DNA from: a virus | Taxonomy: Duplodnaviria > Caudoviricetes | Length of the DNA: 52,887 bases | Direction: 5' to 3' (one strand) | Virus record (IMG/VR): IMGVR_UViG_3300042549_005911 | Location: 1 to 52,887 of that record | Part shown: positions 45,517-52,887 of the stretch, piece by piece | How positions within the stretch are numbered: the first letter of the stretch is position 1 | Layout of the letters: the number at the start of each line of letters is the position of its first letter | Notes under the pieces: generated by a model | What the model was told of the DNA's origin: nothing | What the model saw: the letters and a program-made list of their open reading frames with translations, nothing else | Databases searched by the model: none | Position numbers and translations under genes: made by a program

Positions 45517-46121
45517 CACTCCTCCTCCTCCCCGCGATACAGGGCGAGGGCAATGCGGGCGAGGCGGACAGGGCAATCATCGTCGCCGCAGTCGTGCGTG
45601 GCGTGCTGCGTGTCCGCCAGTAAGTCATCCAACGCCACTACCAACGCGGCGACGGTAGCGGGGGGAGTGATGTGGGCGTTTGCTTTCCCCCACATTTCGC
45701 GGATGGCGCGCACGGCATCGCCTGCGCGCACATTACCAAGCACCCGCGCGTCAGGTCGCCAACTCAGAAAGCAGCGGGTCAAAGCTGCCAGCACGGTTTC
45801 GGCGGGGGCGCCGTCTGTGTCGTCTTCCAGCCATGGCTCACTTCGTTTTTCGTCAGTCATGTCTATTCCTGTTTCTTTTGCGCGGGCGAGAGCGTTCCAA
45901 GCCAATTCAAGCACCGCCGATTGATCCGACATTACACTTATATCCTCCAACGCCGCCACCAGCAGGGCCACGGTTCTAGGGGGTGTGATCGCAGATAGGC
46001 GATAACGTATGCCGCGCCATTGGATGCCCGCCGCATCATCAGGGATATGCACTACGTAGTTTAGTTTTCCCTGCGGGGGCTCGCATTTCTTTTCGTCTGT
46101 CATGTCTATTCCCTTTTCCAT
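45516..46121 (-). CDS. Hypothetical protein made of two related modules
   Basis: GIDMTDEK and ITPP.TVA.LV.AL each occur twice. Confidence 0.7.
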   Translation of the reverse strand: MEKGIDMTDEKKCEPPQGKLNYVVHIPDDAAGIQWRGIRYRLSAITPPRTVALLVAALEDISVMSDQSAVLELAWNALARAKETGIDMTDEKRSEPWLEDDTDGAPAETVLAALTRCFLSWRPDARVLGNVRAGDAVRAIREMWGKANAHITPPATVAALVVALDDLLADTQHATHDCGDDDCPVRLARIALALYRGEEEE

Positions 46122-46144
46122 CTACGTTGGCCCTTACGCTACCC

Positions 46145-47008
46145 TCAGAAATCCGGCAGATCAAGCAAAAGAACAAAGTCCCGCAACTCCCGCCCGCTCA
46201 TGCCGAACTTCTCCGCCAAGACCTTTTCGCCTCTCGCTTCTTCAACCATATCAATCCACTGAGTCTTGATATTTGACCGCCGGATAAGGGCCGCAAGCAA
46301 GTCTAGGTCCATGCGTGAAAGCATCTTAGCTTGTTGCTGGTAGTCCTCCCATGCCTCTACGGCGTAGGGGAACAAGGGCCGGATGATATCGAGAATGGCG
46401 TCCGCGTAGTCCCTGATCTCCTTTTGCGCGTGGCTATCCGTCCTGAGCGTCAGGAAGTGCAAAAGGTTATGAAGGTCGATCTTCCAGTAAAGCGAGGAAT
46501 AGGCAGTCAAAGGCAAGGTGATGCGGGCAAGCTCCCGCGCCAAGTCTTCGCCAAGCAGGGCCTTGTAGGATGCGAAGGAATATTCGTTATTAGCCTCAAT
46601 GACGTTGCGAATAGCCTTTTGCTTGTGCAACGGAAATTCGCCTTCCCGCCCTTGCTTGTTGTCTAGCGACTGCGGTGCTAGGTCGCCCAAAGCAGGGGAG
46701 AAAAACATTTCGCGGATTTCGCTGTAGCGGCCCGATTCTTCATTAATCGAAGCCGTACGATGTCGCAGCAACTGGCGCAACACGAAGATCGGAGCGCGGA
46801 TGTGCAACTTGACTTCACACATTTCTAGGGGGCTGGTATGCTTATGGCGCATAAGGTAGCGGATAAGCGCCCGGTCAGTCCTCGTCGCCTTGGTGCCAGT
46901 CTGATAGGATACTCTCGCCGCCTCCACAATGGCAGCATCACTACCCATGTGGTCCACGAGGCCAACGAAACCGTGGTCGTGTATTTTGATATAGTGGTCA
47001 GGTAGCAT
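46145..47008 (-). CDS. thyX: FAD-dependent thymidylate synthase
   Basis: AARVSY, HTSPLE, RQLLRHRTASINEESGRY, ARELAR, LRTDSHAQKEIR. Confidence 0.96.
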   Translation of the reverse strand: MLPDHYIKIHDHGFVGLVDHMGSDAAIVEAARVSYQTGTKATRTDRALIRYLMRHKHTSPLEMCEVKLHIRAPIFVLRQLLRHRTASINEESGRYSEIREMFFSPALGDLAPQSLDNKQGREGEFPLHKQKAIRNVIEANNEYSFASYKALLGEDLARELARITLPLTAYSSLYWKIDLHNLLHFLTLRTDSHAQKEIRDYADAILDIIRPLFPYAVEAWEDYQQQAKMLSRMDLDLLAALIRRSNIKTQWIDMVEEARGEKVLAEKFGMSGRELRDFVLLLDLPDF

Positions 47009-47411
47009 ATCGGATCACATGCCTCGTGCAGAGAGTGAAGCCCTCAAAGGGCGGCTTGTTTTTAGGCGAAAAAGGCTTCCAGACGGGAAGCCCGTAAGTC
47101 TTGGCCTTCTTCGCCATATCATTCGTGCCTCTGGCGCCTGGAAAAACGACGCAGGCATCCGGGCTGCCCTCCGTCAGCATCCTCGTGTTTCGGTCATGCC
47201 CCGCCATAAGTCCGTGGCGTTTCCAGTCAGGCAAGAAGATGACTTGGTGGACGCTATGAAGGCAAGCCCATTGGCCTGCGTGGCTATCCGCGCCTCTGGC
47301 GCCCCCATGAATGAGGACGCCAATGGCGCAGTGCCGGTGCAACTGGCTTAGCACGTCATAGACTAGGGCCGCTTCATCGAAATTTCGCCCGCCGGTTACG
47401 AGTAGGCGCAT
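46998..47411 (-). CDS. DUF2493/YspA (SLOG) family protein
   Basis: MRLLVTGGRNF, LIHGGARGAD, AGHDRNTRML, FPGARGT. Confidence 0.85.
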   Translation of the reverse strand: MRLLVTGGRNFDEAALVYDVLSQLHRHCAIGVLIHGGARGADSHAGQWACLHSVHQVIFLPDWKRHGLMAGHDRNTRMLTEGSPDACVVFPGARGTNDMAKKAKTYGLPVWKPFSPKNKPPFEGFTLCTRHVIRYAT

Positions 47412-47579
47412 TTGGTTGGTGAAGCCGTTCAAGTGATCTGCTCCACCCGCCAGCCATCACGCTCAGCGTGTGGCCAACGGTAGTTTTGGTTGGTGCTAGC
47501 TTTGGCGAGTGCGGCGATGATAGCCAAGGGTCGGCTGGGGGCTATAACTTTTTGCACCCCATTGGTTGCGACCCATTGG

Positions 47580-47783
47580 CTAGCCATGCGTTCCGTCCTG
47601 CTTTTGAGTTGAAGCAGGGATGATCTTACGCAGATTGGCAATTGAAGCAAGCGCTACTTTGTCCTGGCTGTGCTTCCGGCTATGCTTCAAGAGCTTGCGG
47701 AGCTTGTTGCGCTCACGCCTGCCTTCTGTCTTGTAAGCCTTGCACTTGGCAGCATTCTTGCCTTTGCTGGAACCTTTGGCCAT
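47580..47783 (-). CDS. Small basic hypothetical protein
   Basis: AAGGAG RBS; Lys/Arg-rich. Confidence 0.55.
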   Translation of the reverse strand: MAKGSSKGKNAAKCKAYKTEGRRERNKLRKLLKHSRKHSQDKVALASIANLRKIIPASTQKQDGTHG

Positions 47784-47801
47784 CGGTATGAACTCCTTTC
47801 T

Positions 47802-48674
47802 CTAAGCGGCCTTCTCAGCCGCAACTTTCCCATATCGCTCAGGCGCGCATCGCTGCACCACGGCAAGCAAGGTCGCCTCGTCGGTTGCCATGTAGATTGC
47901 CGTTGTGCTGACACTAGCATGGCCTAGCAGGTCCGCCAAGGTCCGAATATCCCCGCCATTTTGGTAGATATGCGTGGCGAAGCTGTGGCGAAGGCTATGG
48001 GGCGAAGCAGTAGAAGGAAGGCCTAGAGCCTCGCGAAGCCGCTGCATGAGGCGGCGCAAGTCGCGGTCAGAGAAGCCTTCAAATAGTAACCCTTCGGGCG
48101 AGCGTAGCCGCCGGTAGGTGTTCACAGCCTGCGCCACAACAGGCAGCAAAGGGACTAGGCGCTCACGTCTGCCTTTGCCTAAGACTCGTATCGCATCGGC
48201 GTCTACGTCTACTGCCGCCGGTAGGCTCAAAGCCTCGGCAGAACGTAGGCCTGCGCCATACAAAAGCAATATAATCGCGCGGTCGCGTGCTACCTTCCAG
48301 GCGTCGCGCTCAGGGGCAGGGCGGGAGGCGAGGCTGATAAGGGCCTCAGTCTGATTGGTGCTGAGGGCCTTGGGCAAGTGCCGTGGCCTGCGAGGGCCTT
48401 GTAGCGTTGCCGCCGTTTTGATGAGGGGCGCCGCCGGTTGGTCGCGCCTTACAAACTTGGCGAAGGTCTTGATAGCCGCAATGTGGCGCAGCTTAGTCGT
48501 GGCCATGCTCTGCGCTTGAGTGGCGAAGAAGCGCCGCAGATCGGCGGGCCTAGCGTCAATCAAAGGCATGGGGTCAAGTGCCGCCTGCGCCGCCTGTAGG
48601 GTCTTGCTGTAGGCCAGCAAGGTCTGCGGGCTATAGTTGCGCGCCCGCAGGTCCGTCAGGAACTCCGAGATCAC
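47802..48674 (-). CDS. Tyrosine recombinase, XerC/D-like
   Basis: RDRAIILLLYGAGLR, GKGRRER, HSLRHSFATH, LLGH, catalytic Tyr in TTAIY. Confidence 0.93.
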   Translation of the reverse strand: MISEFLTDLRARNYSPQTLLAYSKTLQAAQAALDPMPLIDARPADLRRFFATQAQSMATTKLRHIAAIKTFAKFVRRDQPAAPLIKTAATLQGPRRPRHLPKALSTNQTEALISLASRPAPERDAWKVARDRAIILLLYGAGLRSAEALSLPAAVDVDADAIRVLGKGRRERLVPLLPVVAQAVNTYRRLRSPEGLLFEGFSDRDLRRLMQRLREALGLPSTASPHSLRHSFATHIYQNGGDIRTLADLLGHASVSTTAIYMATDEATLLAVVQRCAPERYGKVAAEKAA

Positions 48675-48676
48675 GG

Positions 48677-48889
48677 CTAGGCCCTGTAGCTATCGTGGCC
48701 GTTTGCCTGCCACGTTGCCCAAAACTGCGCGGGAGTAGTCAGGCGCATGATGTCGCCCATGTGACCAGCGGCGGTATGGAAGCCCCGTGTCACAAGGAAG
48801 TCATGGACCGCCTGCCAAGCAGGCGCCATCTTATGCCGCGACACGCGCAAGTGCTGCGTGGCGCTGATCTGCTTGGCGAGGTCAATCAC
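48677..48889 (-). CDS. Hypothetical protein
   Basis: Tightly packed between neighbouring genes. Confidence 0.55.
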   Translation of the reverse strand: MIDLAKQISATQHLRVSRHKMAPAWQAVHDFLVTRGFHTAAGHMGDIMRLTTPAQFWATWQANGHDSYRA

Positions 48890-49098
48890 TGCTTCGGCTC
48901 CTGCAAAAATGTCCGCCGGATGCGTCGAATACCCTTTGTAGCGTGCAACTGGTATTCGACGCCATCGCGCTCGAACGTTGAGATGATCCGCCGGTTACGA
49001 CTTCCACGCAACTGCGCGGAAGCGGGGCCGTGGGTGTGCTTGGTGCGCTTCTCCCATGCGGGGAAGTCGGCTAGGGTAACTGCGGGCTTGGCGGTCAA
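48886..49098 (-). CDS. Hypothetical protein
   Basis: AAGGAG RBS; GVEYQLHATKGIR. Confidence 0.6.
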   Translation of the reverse strand: MTAKPAVTLADFPAWEKRTKHTHGPASAQLRGSRNRRIISTFERDGVEYQLHATKGIRRIRRTFLQEPKQ

Positions 49099-49099
49099 G

Positions 49100-50032
49100 T
49101 TAATCTCCTTCTACGAGAGCCACAGCATGAATGGCGCGGCGGTGAGCGCGTCCAAAGGCTGGATTAGCGTCTTCGTCGTATTCCGGCAAGTGCAAAAGCA
49201 GTTCAGCCAGAACAGACTTCATTTCTTCGTAGAGGGGAAGGGAGGGGGGAGGCGTGCCCTTATCCCGCTTCTTACGCTCGGGCTTGGTGCCGGTTACGAC
49301 TTCAGCCACGGTGCTGGCCGTCGCCTTCTTCTTGCCGCGCGCCTTGGCCGTCTCGGCTGCTACCGTCAGGACTTCCGCCGCCTGTTCATCGCCGCGCTCT
49401 TGAATAGTTTCGAGTGCGAGCGTAGCGGAGACTTGCCCCGTCGCCACAAGTTCAAGGACCGGCTCGGGTGCGGCTTGGAGGTCAATATAGCGGCTGACCT
49501 GTATTGACTGAGCGCCAGTCCGCCGGGCGATCTCCGCTTCTGTCCAGCCTAGGTTCAGGAGGCGCTTGTAGACGGCGCCTTGCTCCAAGGGCGAGAGGCG
49601 CTTGCCGCCGTTTCTGATAATCTGCGAAAGCAGGCGGTCCTTTTCGTCGCTGCCCTTCGGCTCAGTCTTGACGGGGATGGAACGGATTTCCGCCCCGTAA
49701 GTCTCGATTGCTCGAAGCGTAGCAAGCAGCCTGCAATGCCCGTCAGTCAGGACGGGCTTGCCGCCGTCCATGTAAACGGTAAGCGGCTCCTGCACGCCGA
49801 TGGCCGTAATAGACCGGGCCAGTTCATCAACATGCGCCTGATTGTCAGGGTCGCGCATGTCGCGGCTGTTCCAGCCGTCCTTGACCGTGATGTTGTAGGG
49901 ATTGAGCCGAAAGAGGTCGCTGCGGTCAGTGGACAGCGCCTTAAGGCCGCCGGTTCGGCTTTCCGCTTCGGCTTTTAGGGCCTGCGCTGCGGTGCTGGAA
50001 GGGGTGGCGTAGGTGGCAAAATCGAAAGACAT
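49100..50032 (-). CDS. ParB-like (ParB/Srx N-domain plus HTH) protein
   Basis: GWNSR, ELARSI, LTDGHCRL, LSPLEQG..YKRL..LGWTEAEIARRTG. Confidence 0.85.
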   Translation of the reverse strand: MSFDFATYATPSSTAAQALKAEAESRTGGLKALSTDRSDLFRLNPYNITVKDGWNSRDMRDPDNQAHVDELARSITAIGVQEPLTVYMDGGKPVLTDGHCRLLATLRAIETYGAEIRSIPVKTEPKGSDEKDRLLSQIIRNGGKRLSPLEQGAVYKRLLNLGWTEAEIARRTGAQSIQVSRYIDLQAAPEPVLELVATGQVSATLALETIQERGDEQAAEVLTVAAETAKARGKKKATASTVAEVVTGTKPERKKRDKGTPPPSLPLYEEMKSVLAELLLHLPEYDEDANPAFGRAHRRAIHAVALVEGD

Positions 50033-50100
50033 GGTTTTGGGTTCCTTGCGGGTGTTTGTAGTCGGATCGTTTATGCCCGTTTCGGGCGCCTCAGTCAATA

Positions 50101-50289
50101 CTAATTTTCGCCGCCAATGAGTGCCGCCCGTGCGAGTCCGACAGCCTGCCGGGCGCGCTGGATATGCTCGGCAGCTTCCTGCCGCCGGTTGCCTCCCAAA
50201 GTCATGCGGTCGATGTCGCGAAGCATCTCGGTCAGTTCGTGCCGGTAGACTTCTAAGGTCCGGGCGATTGCGGCAGAGGTTCGTGGCAT
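50101..50289 (-). CDS. Small hypothetical protein
   Basis: GGAGG RBS before MPRTSAAIARTLE. Confidence 0.55.
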   Translation of the reverse strand: MPRTSAAIARTLEVYRHELTEMLRDIDRMTLGGNRRQEAAEHIQRARQAVGLARAALIGGEN

Positions 50290-50366
50290 ATCTTTAGCCT
50301 CCATGGGGTATGAAGGCTGATAAGCCACAAGCCCAGGCGCAGCGTCAAGCAATTTCGCCTTGGCGC

Positions 50367-50822
50367 CTAGCCCGTTTCCTTGCGGGATTTGTAGAATATG
50401 TGGCTCCCGATTTTGATTGTTTTCTGCAAGTGGGGCCAATGGGGGTGGACGTAGGAGGCATGGAAGTAGGTTGCCCCCCTTGTGGGGTCCGGCAGCTTGC
50501 CCATGATGGCAAAGCGCGCAATCTCTTGCGCCACTCCCCACTGCAAGGGGTCTTTGACTTGGCGCAGGGTTCTTGCGTTGCAAACCCATGAAAATTGGCA
50601 GCGGTTGCCAGTTTTTTGGTAGACGACAGCGCAAATGGACTGCGGGAAGGCCGGGGATTTCCGCCGGTTAAGGACAACTTGCGCCACGGCAAGCTGCCCT
50701 TTCACGGTCTGGGTCTTGGCTTCGTAATAGACGGCCTCCGCCAAGCAAACGAGGTCTGCCGGTGGGGGTCCGTGGGATATGTGCAGGGCGTAGGCTAAGG
50801 CGATGGCCGGGGCATCCATCAT
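50367..50822 (-). CDS. SleB/Hydrolase_2 cell-wall hydrolase
   Basis: CLAEAVYYEA, AVAQVVLNR, ICAVVYQ, CQFSW, GATYFHA, IGSHIFY. Confidence 0.92.
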   Translation of the reverse strand: MMDAPAIALAYALHISHGPPPADLVCLAEAVYYEAKTQTVKGQLAVAQVVLNRRKSPAFPQSICAVVYQKTGNRCQFSWVCNARTLRQVKDPLQWGVAQEIARFAIMGKLPDPTRGATYFHASYVHPHWPHLQKTIKIGSHIFYKSRKETG

Positions 50823-51043
50823 CTGGGGCTGTTCTCCTTCCACCATTGGCGCAGTTTGCGGAGAAAGTCGGCTTCGGTTTGCGGTATTTTGGTGGCGCCG
50901 GTTAGCCACTGGTGAACAGTGGCTTTAGACTTATAGCCGAACCAGCCCGCAATGTTGCCGTGGGAAACGCCAAGGCTCTTGAGGTCGGCCAGGGCGGCGC
51001 GAAGCTCGCCCTGTTCCATGTTGGAAGGGGTGGCGTGCCTCAT
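50819..51043 (-). CDS. Small HTH DNA-binding protein
   Basis: GVSHGNIAGWFGYKSKATVHQWLTGATKIP; ATGA couplings. Confidence 0.65.
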   Translation of the reverse strand: MRHATPSNMEQGELRAALADLKSLGVSHGNIAGWFGYKSKATVHQWLTGATKIPQTEADFLRKLRQWWKENSPR

Positions 51044-51287
51044 GCCACGCGCCACACTCGAAGGCCTTCGGGGAGGCGGCGGCTGGCATACTTAGCGCCG
51101 CGCTTTCGGGCATGGTAGATCATGAGGCACGAGATGACGCCCCGCTTTGCCTTTGCCTTCTTGGGGTCGGCTGACAGCTTAAGAATAAAGCTGTCACCGA
51201 TTTCCATATCGGGGAAGGGGTAGCGCGCGTTGCGCCCCGCCTTGTCGTATGCGCGAGGGGGATATTCTTCTCAATCTGCATTGTCAT
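51040..51287 (-). pseudogene. Small DNA-binding-like gene with a 1-nt frameshift in a homopolymer
   Basis: MTMQIEKNIP, then in a shifted frame RAYDKAGRNARYPFPDMEIGDSF...GLRVWRVA. Adding one G to G5 at 51257-51261 joins the two parts. Confidence 0.7.
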
Positions 51288-51358
51288 GTTGTCCTTGAGT
51301 TAGGCCAGTTCTTCCGGCTGGCCGTTGGTGTTTTGGAGAGAAAGGGATAGGTTAGGGG

Positions 51359-51922
51359 CTACTCGCCCCCTTCCTCCTCCGCCTCCTCAGGGGTCCAAGT
51401 GTACGAAAGCCAGATGCCTGCCACCTTACGGGCCACGGCGCGGCAGCCTTCAAGCTCGCCCTCAGTCCAGAAGCATGTGCCTTCGGCATCTTCGCGGTCA
51501 TGGGCAGCCCAGCCGTGCGGGCAGTCGCTGGAAATGCGGGGGTCGGCGGGGTCTTCAAGGCCATGCGCCTCCGCCGCGTCGCGGAGGTCGTCAGCAGCCT
51601 GCTCAATATCGTCGATCAGGCTGTGGACGTTCTGGCTGATGACGGTATAGGCGACGGCGTACGCATACGCGCACATCGCTTGCTGCCAGTCGGCGGCCTT
51701 GTAGGTGGCGCCGCCGGTCATGTCCTCAGCGTTGGGCGCGTCCCGTTCATACCTGTTAATGATTTCCAGGCAGTCGCTATTGTAGGTGCAGGCGCTATCG
51801 GCGGCGCTGCTAATCAAGTCTTCAACGCCGTCGCGGAGCGCGTCAAGGTCAAGCGTGCCCGTGCCGTAAATGGCGTCGTTGATGCAATCGGCGGCGGCGG
51901 CTTCAAGGTTGGGTCGGGGCAT
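51359..51922 (-). CDS. Acidic hypothetical early protein
   Basis: AAGGA RBS; 187 aa; Asp/Glu-rich. Confidence 0.7.
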   Translation of the reverse strand: MPRPNLEAAAADCINDAIYGTGTLDLDALRDGVEDLISSAADSACTYNSDCLEIINRYERDAPNAEDMTGGATYKAADWQQAMCAYAYAVAYTVISQNVHSLIDDIEQAADDLRDAAEAHGLEDPADPRISSDCPHGWAAHDREDAEGTCFWTEGELEGCRAVARKVAGIWLSYTWTPEEAEEEGGE

Positions 51923-51961
51923 TGGTTTGGTGTTCCTTGCTGGTAGGGAGTTTGTAGCCGG

Positions 51962-52189
51962 TTAGGCGCTAAAGCGCAAGAGAAGAAAGGTATCAACCGC
52001 GCGCTTTTTTGCAGTGGCAGCCCGCCGGTCAGCCACTAGGGCGGCGGCTTCGGCGGCACGGATCGCGGCGGCGGTGGCGCGGGCGGCTTCCTTGCGGGCA
52101 CGGTCAACCTTGCGTTCGGCGGCTGCTACGGCTGCAAGGGCGGCGGTGGCGCGGGCGGCGGTCAGGCGGGCGAGGGTGTCGGAGGTCAT
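51962..52189 (-). CDS. Ala/Arg-rich hypothetical protein
   Basis: AAGGA RBS; low complexity. Confidence 0.5.
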   Translation of the reverse strand: MTSDTLARLTAARATAALAAVAAAERKVDRARKEAARATAAAIRAAEAAALVADRRAATAKKRAVDTFLLLRFSA

Positions 52190-52362
52190 TTGTTGGGGTT
52201 CCTTTGTGGGGTTTTTATAGGCTGGCCAATCGCCAAGGGCGGCGCCGTGGCGATAGGGCAGCCTGCCCCCTAGGTTAAGGGGGCAGGGTTGGCGGGAGGG
52301 GACTAGGCGGCGGTGGGGAGGGTTGGCCTGGGAGGGGGTCGCCTTTTCTTGGGTTGCCGTTT

Positions 52363-52545
52363 TTATACGCCGTAAATGCGCTCTTGCTCAGCATGCCAGT
52401 TGTGCATCGCCTCGTGTTCCTCAGCCGTGTTGAATCCGTTGTGCTTCGCAGTAGCGAGGCGCTGCGCCGCCTCGTCTCGCAAATACGCCCTGTGATCGGC
52501 GGGAGTCCATTGCGACCAGTGCTTGTCGTGATAAGATGCGCTCAT
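52363..52545 (-). CDS. Small hypothetical protein
   Basis: AAAGG RBS before MSASYHDKHW. Confidence 0.55.
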   Translation of the reverse strand: MSASYHDKHWSQWTPADHRAYLRDEAAQRLATAKHNGFNTAEEHEAMHNWHAEQERIYGV

Positions 52546-52752
52546 GGTGGGGTTGCCTTTGCTTAGGTGGTTGCCGTCGTTGGTAGGGACTTTGTAGCCG
52601 GATCGGCGGTGGGGGTCGACGGGGTTTTTCAATTATTTTGATTTTTTTGGTGCCGCCGGTTAGGTCTATCGTGTTCCGCCGGTTAGGTGCCGCCGGCTAG
52701 AGGTCGGCTGGGTGTTCCGCCGGTTGGGTGCCTAGGTTTTTGCGTGTTTGGT

Positions 52753-52887
52753 TATATTCGTATATTCGTATATTCGTATATTCGTATATTCGTATATTCG
52801 TATATTCGTATATTCGTATATTCGTATATTCGTATATTCGTATATTCGTATATTCGTATATTCGTATATTCGTATATTCGTATATTC
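52753..52887. repeat. Perfect 8-bp tandem repeat (TATATTCG)n, about 17 copies, running off the window
   Basis: Directly visible; no spacers or mismatches. Confidence 0.97.

Noticed and set aside
3523-47008. Stop-codon reassignment
   Set aside because: Conserved genes are full length in the standard code, all three stops are used, and no suppressor tRNA is present.
48578-49507. 309-aa plus-strand ORF
   Set aside because: Antisense to four coherent minus-strand genes, with no motifs; GC-rich shadow ORF.
52753-52887. CRISPR array
   Set aside because: 8-bp units with no spacers and no cas operon.

Overview
This window is a large part of a tailed dsDNA phage genome with a long non-contractile tail (siphovirus-type). 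The host is probably an alphaproteobacterium, based on GapR/DUF2312, a GcrA-like HTH protein and a SleB-type hydrolase. Gene order: a truncated repeat-rich fibre gene (minus strand); a replication block (NrdB, RuvC-like resolvase, SNF2 helicase, DUF2800 nuclease, DUF2815 SSB, split family-A DNA polymerase); PhoH; a glycosyltransferase/FkbM cluster; neck and tail genes with two tail-tube paralogues; tape measure; lysis; nucleotide metabolism with two tRNAs; an inverted head module; terminase; an early region (ThyX, Xer-like recombinase, ParB-like protein); and a terminal (TATATTCG)n array. The top observation is a 287-aa intein in polymerase motif B with no recognisable in-frame endonuclease. 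A 255-codon HNH-family endonuclease ORF lies inside it in the -1 frame, and its stop codon falls within the intein's terminal His-Asn codons. Other notable items are a CUU-UGA +1 frameshift candidate in the tail chaperone, a deaminase tightly flanked by two C34 tRNAs, a structured capsid-gene leader and a modular cassette-like gene array. All family calls come from motif recognition by eye; no searches were run.
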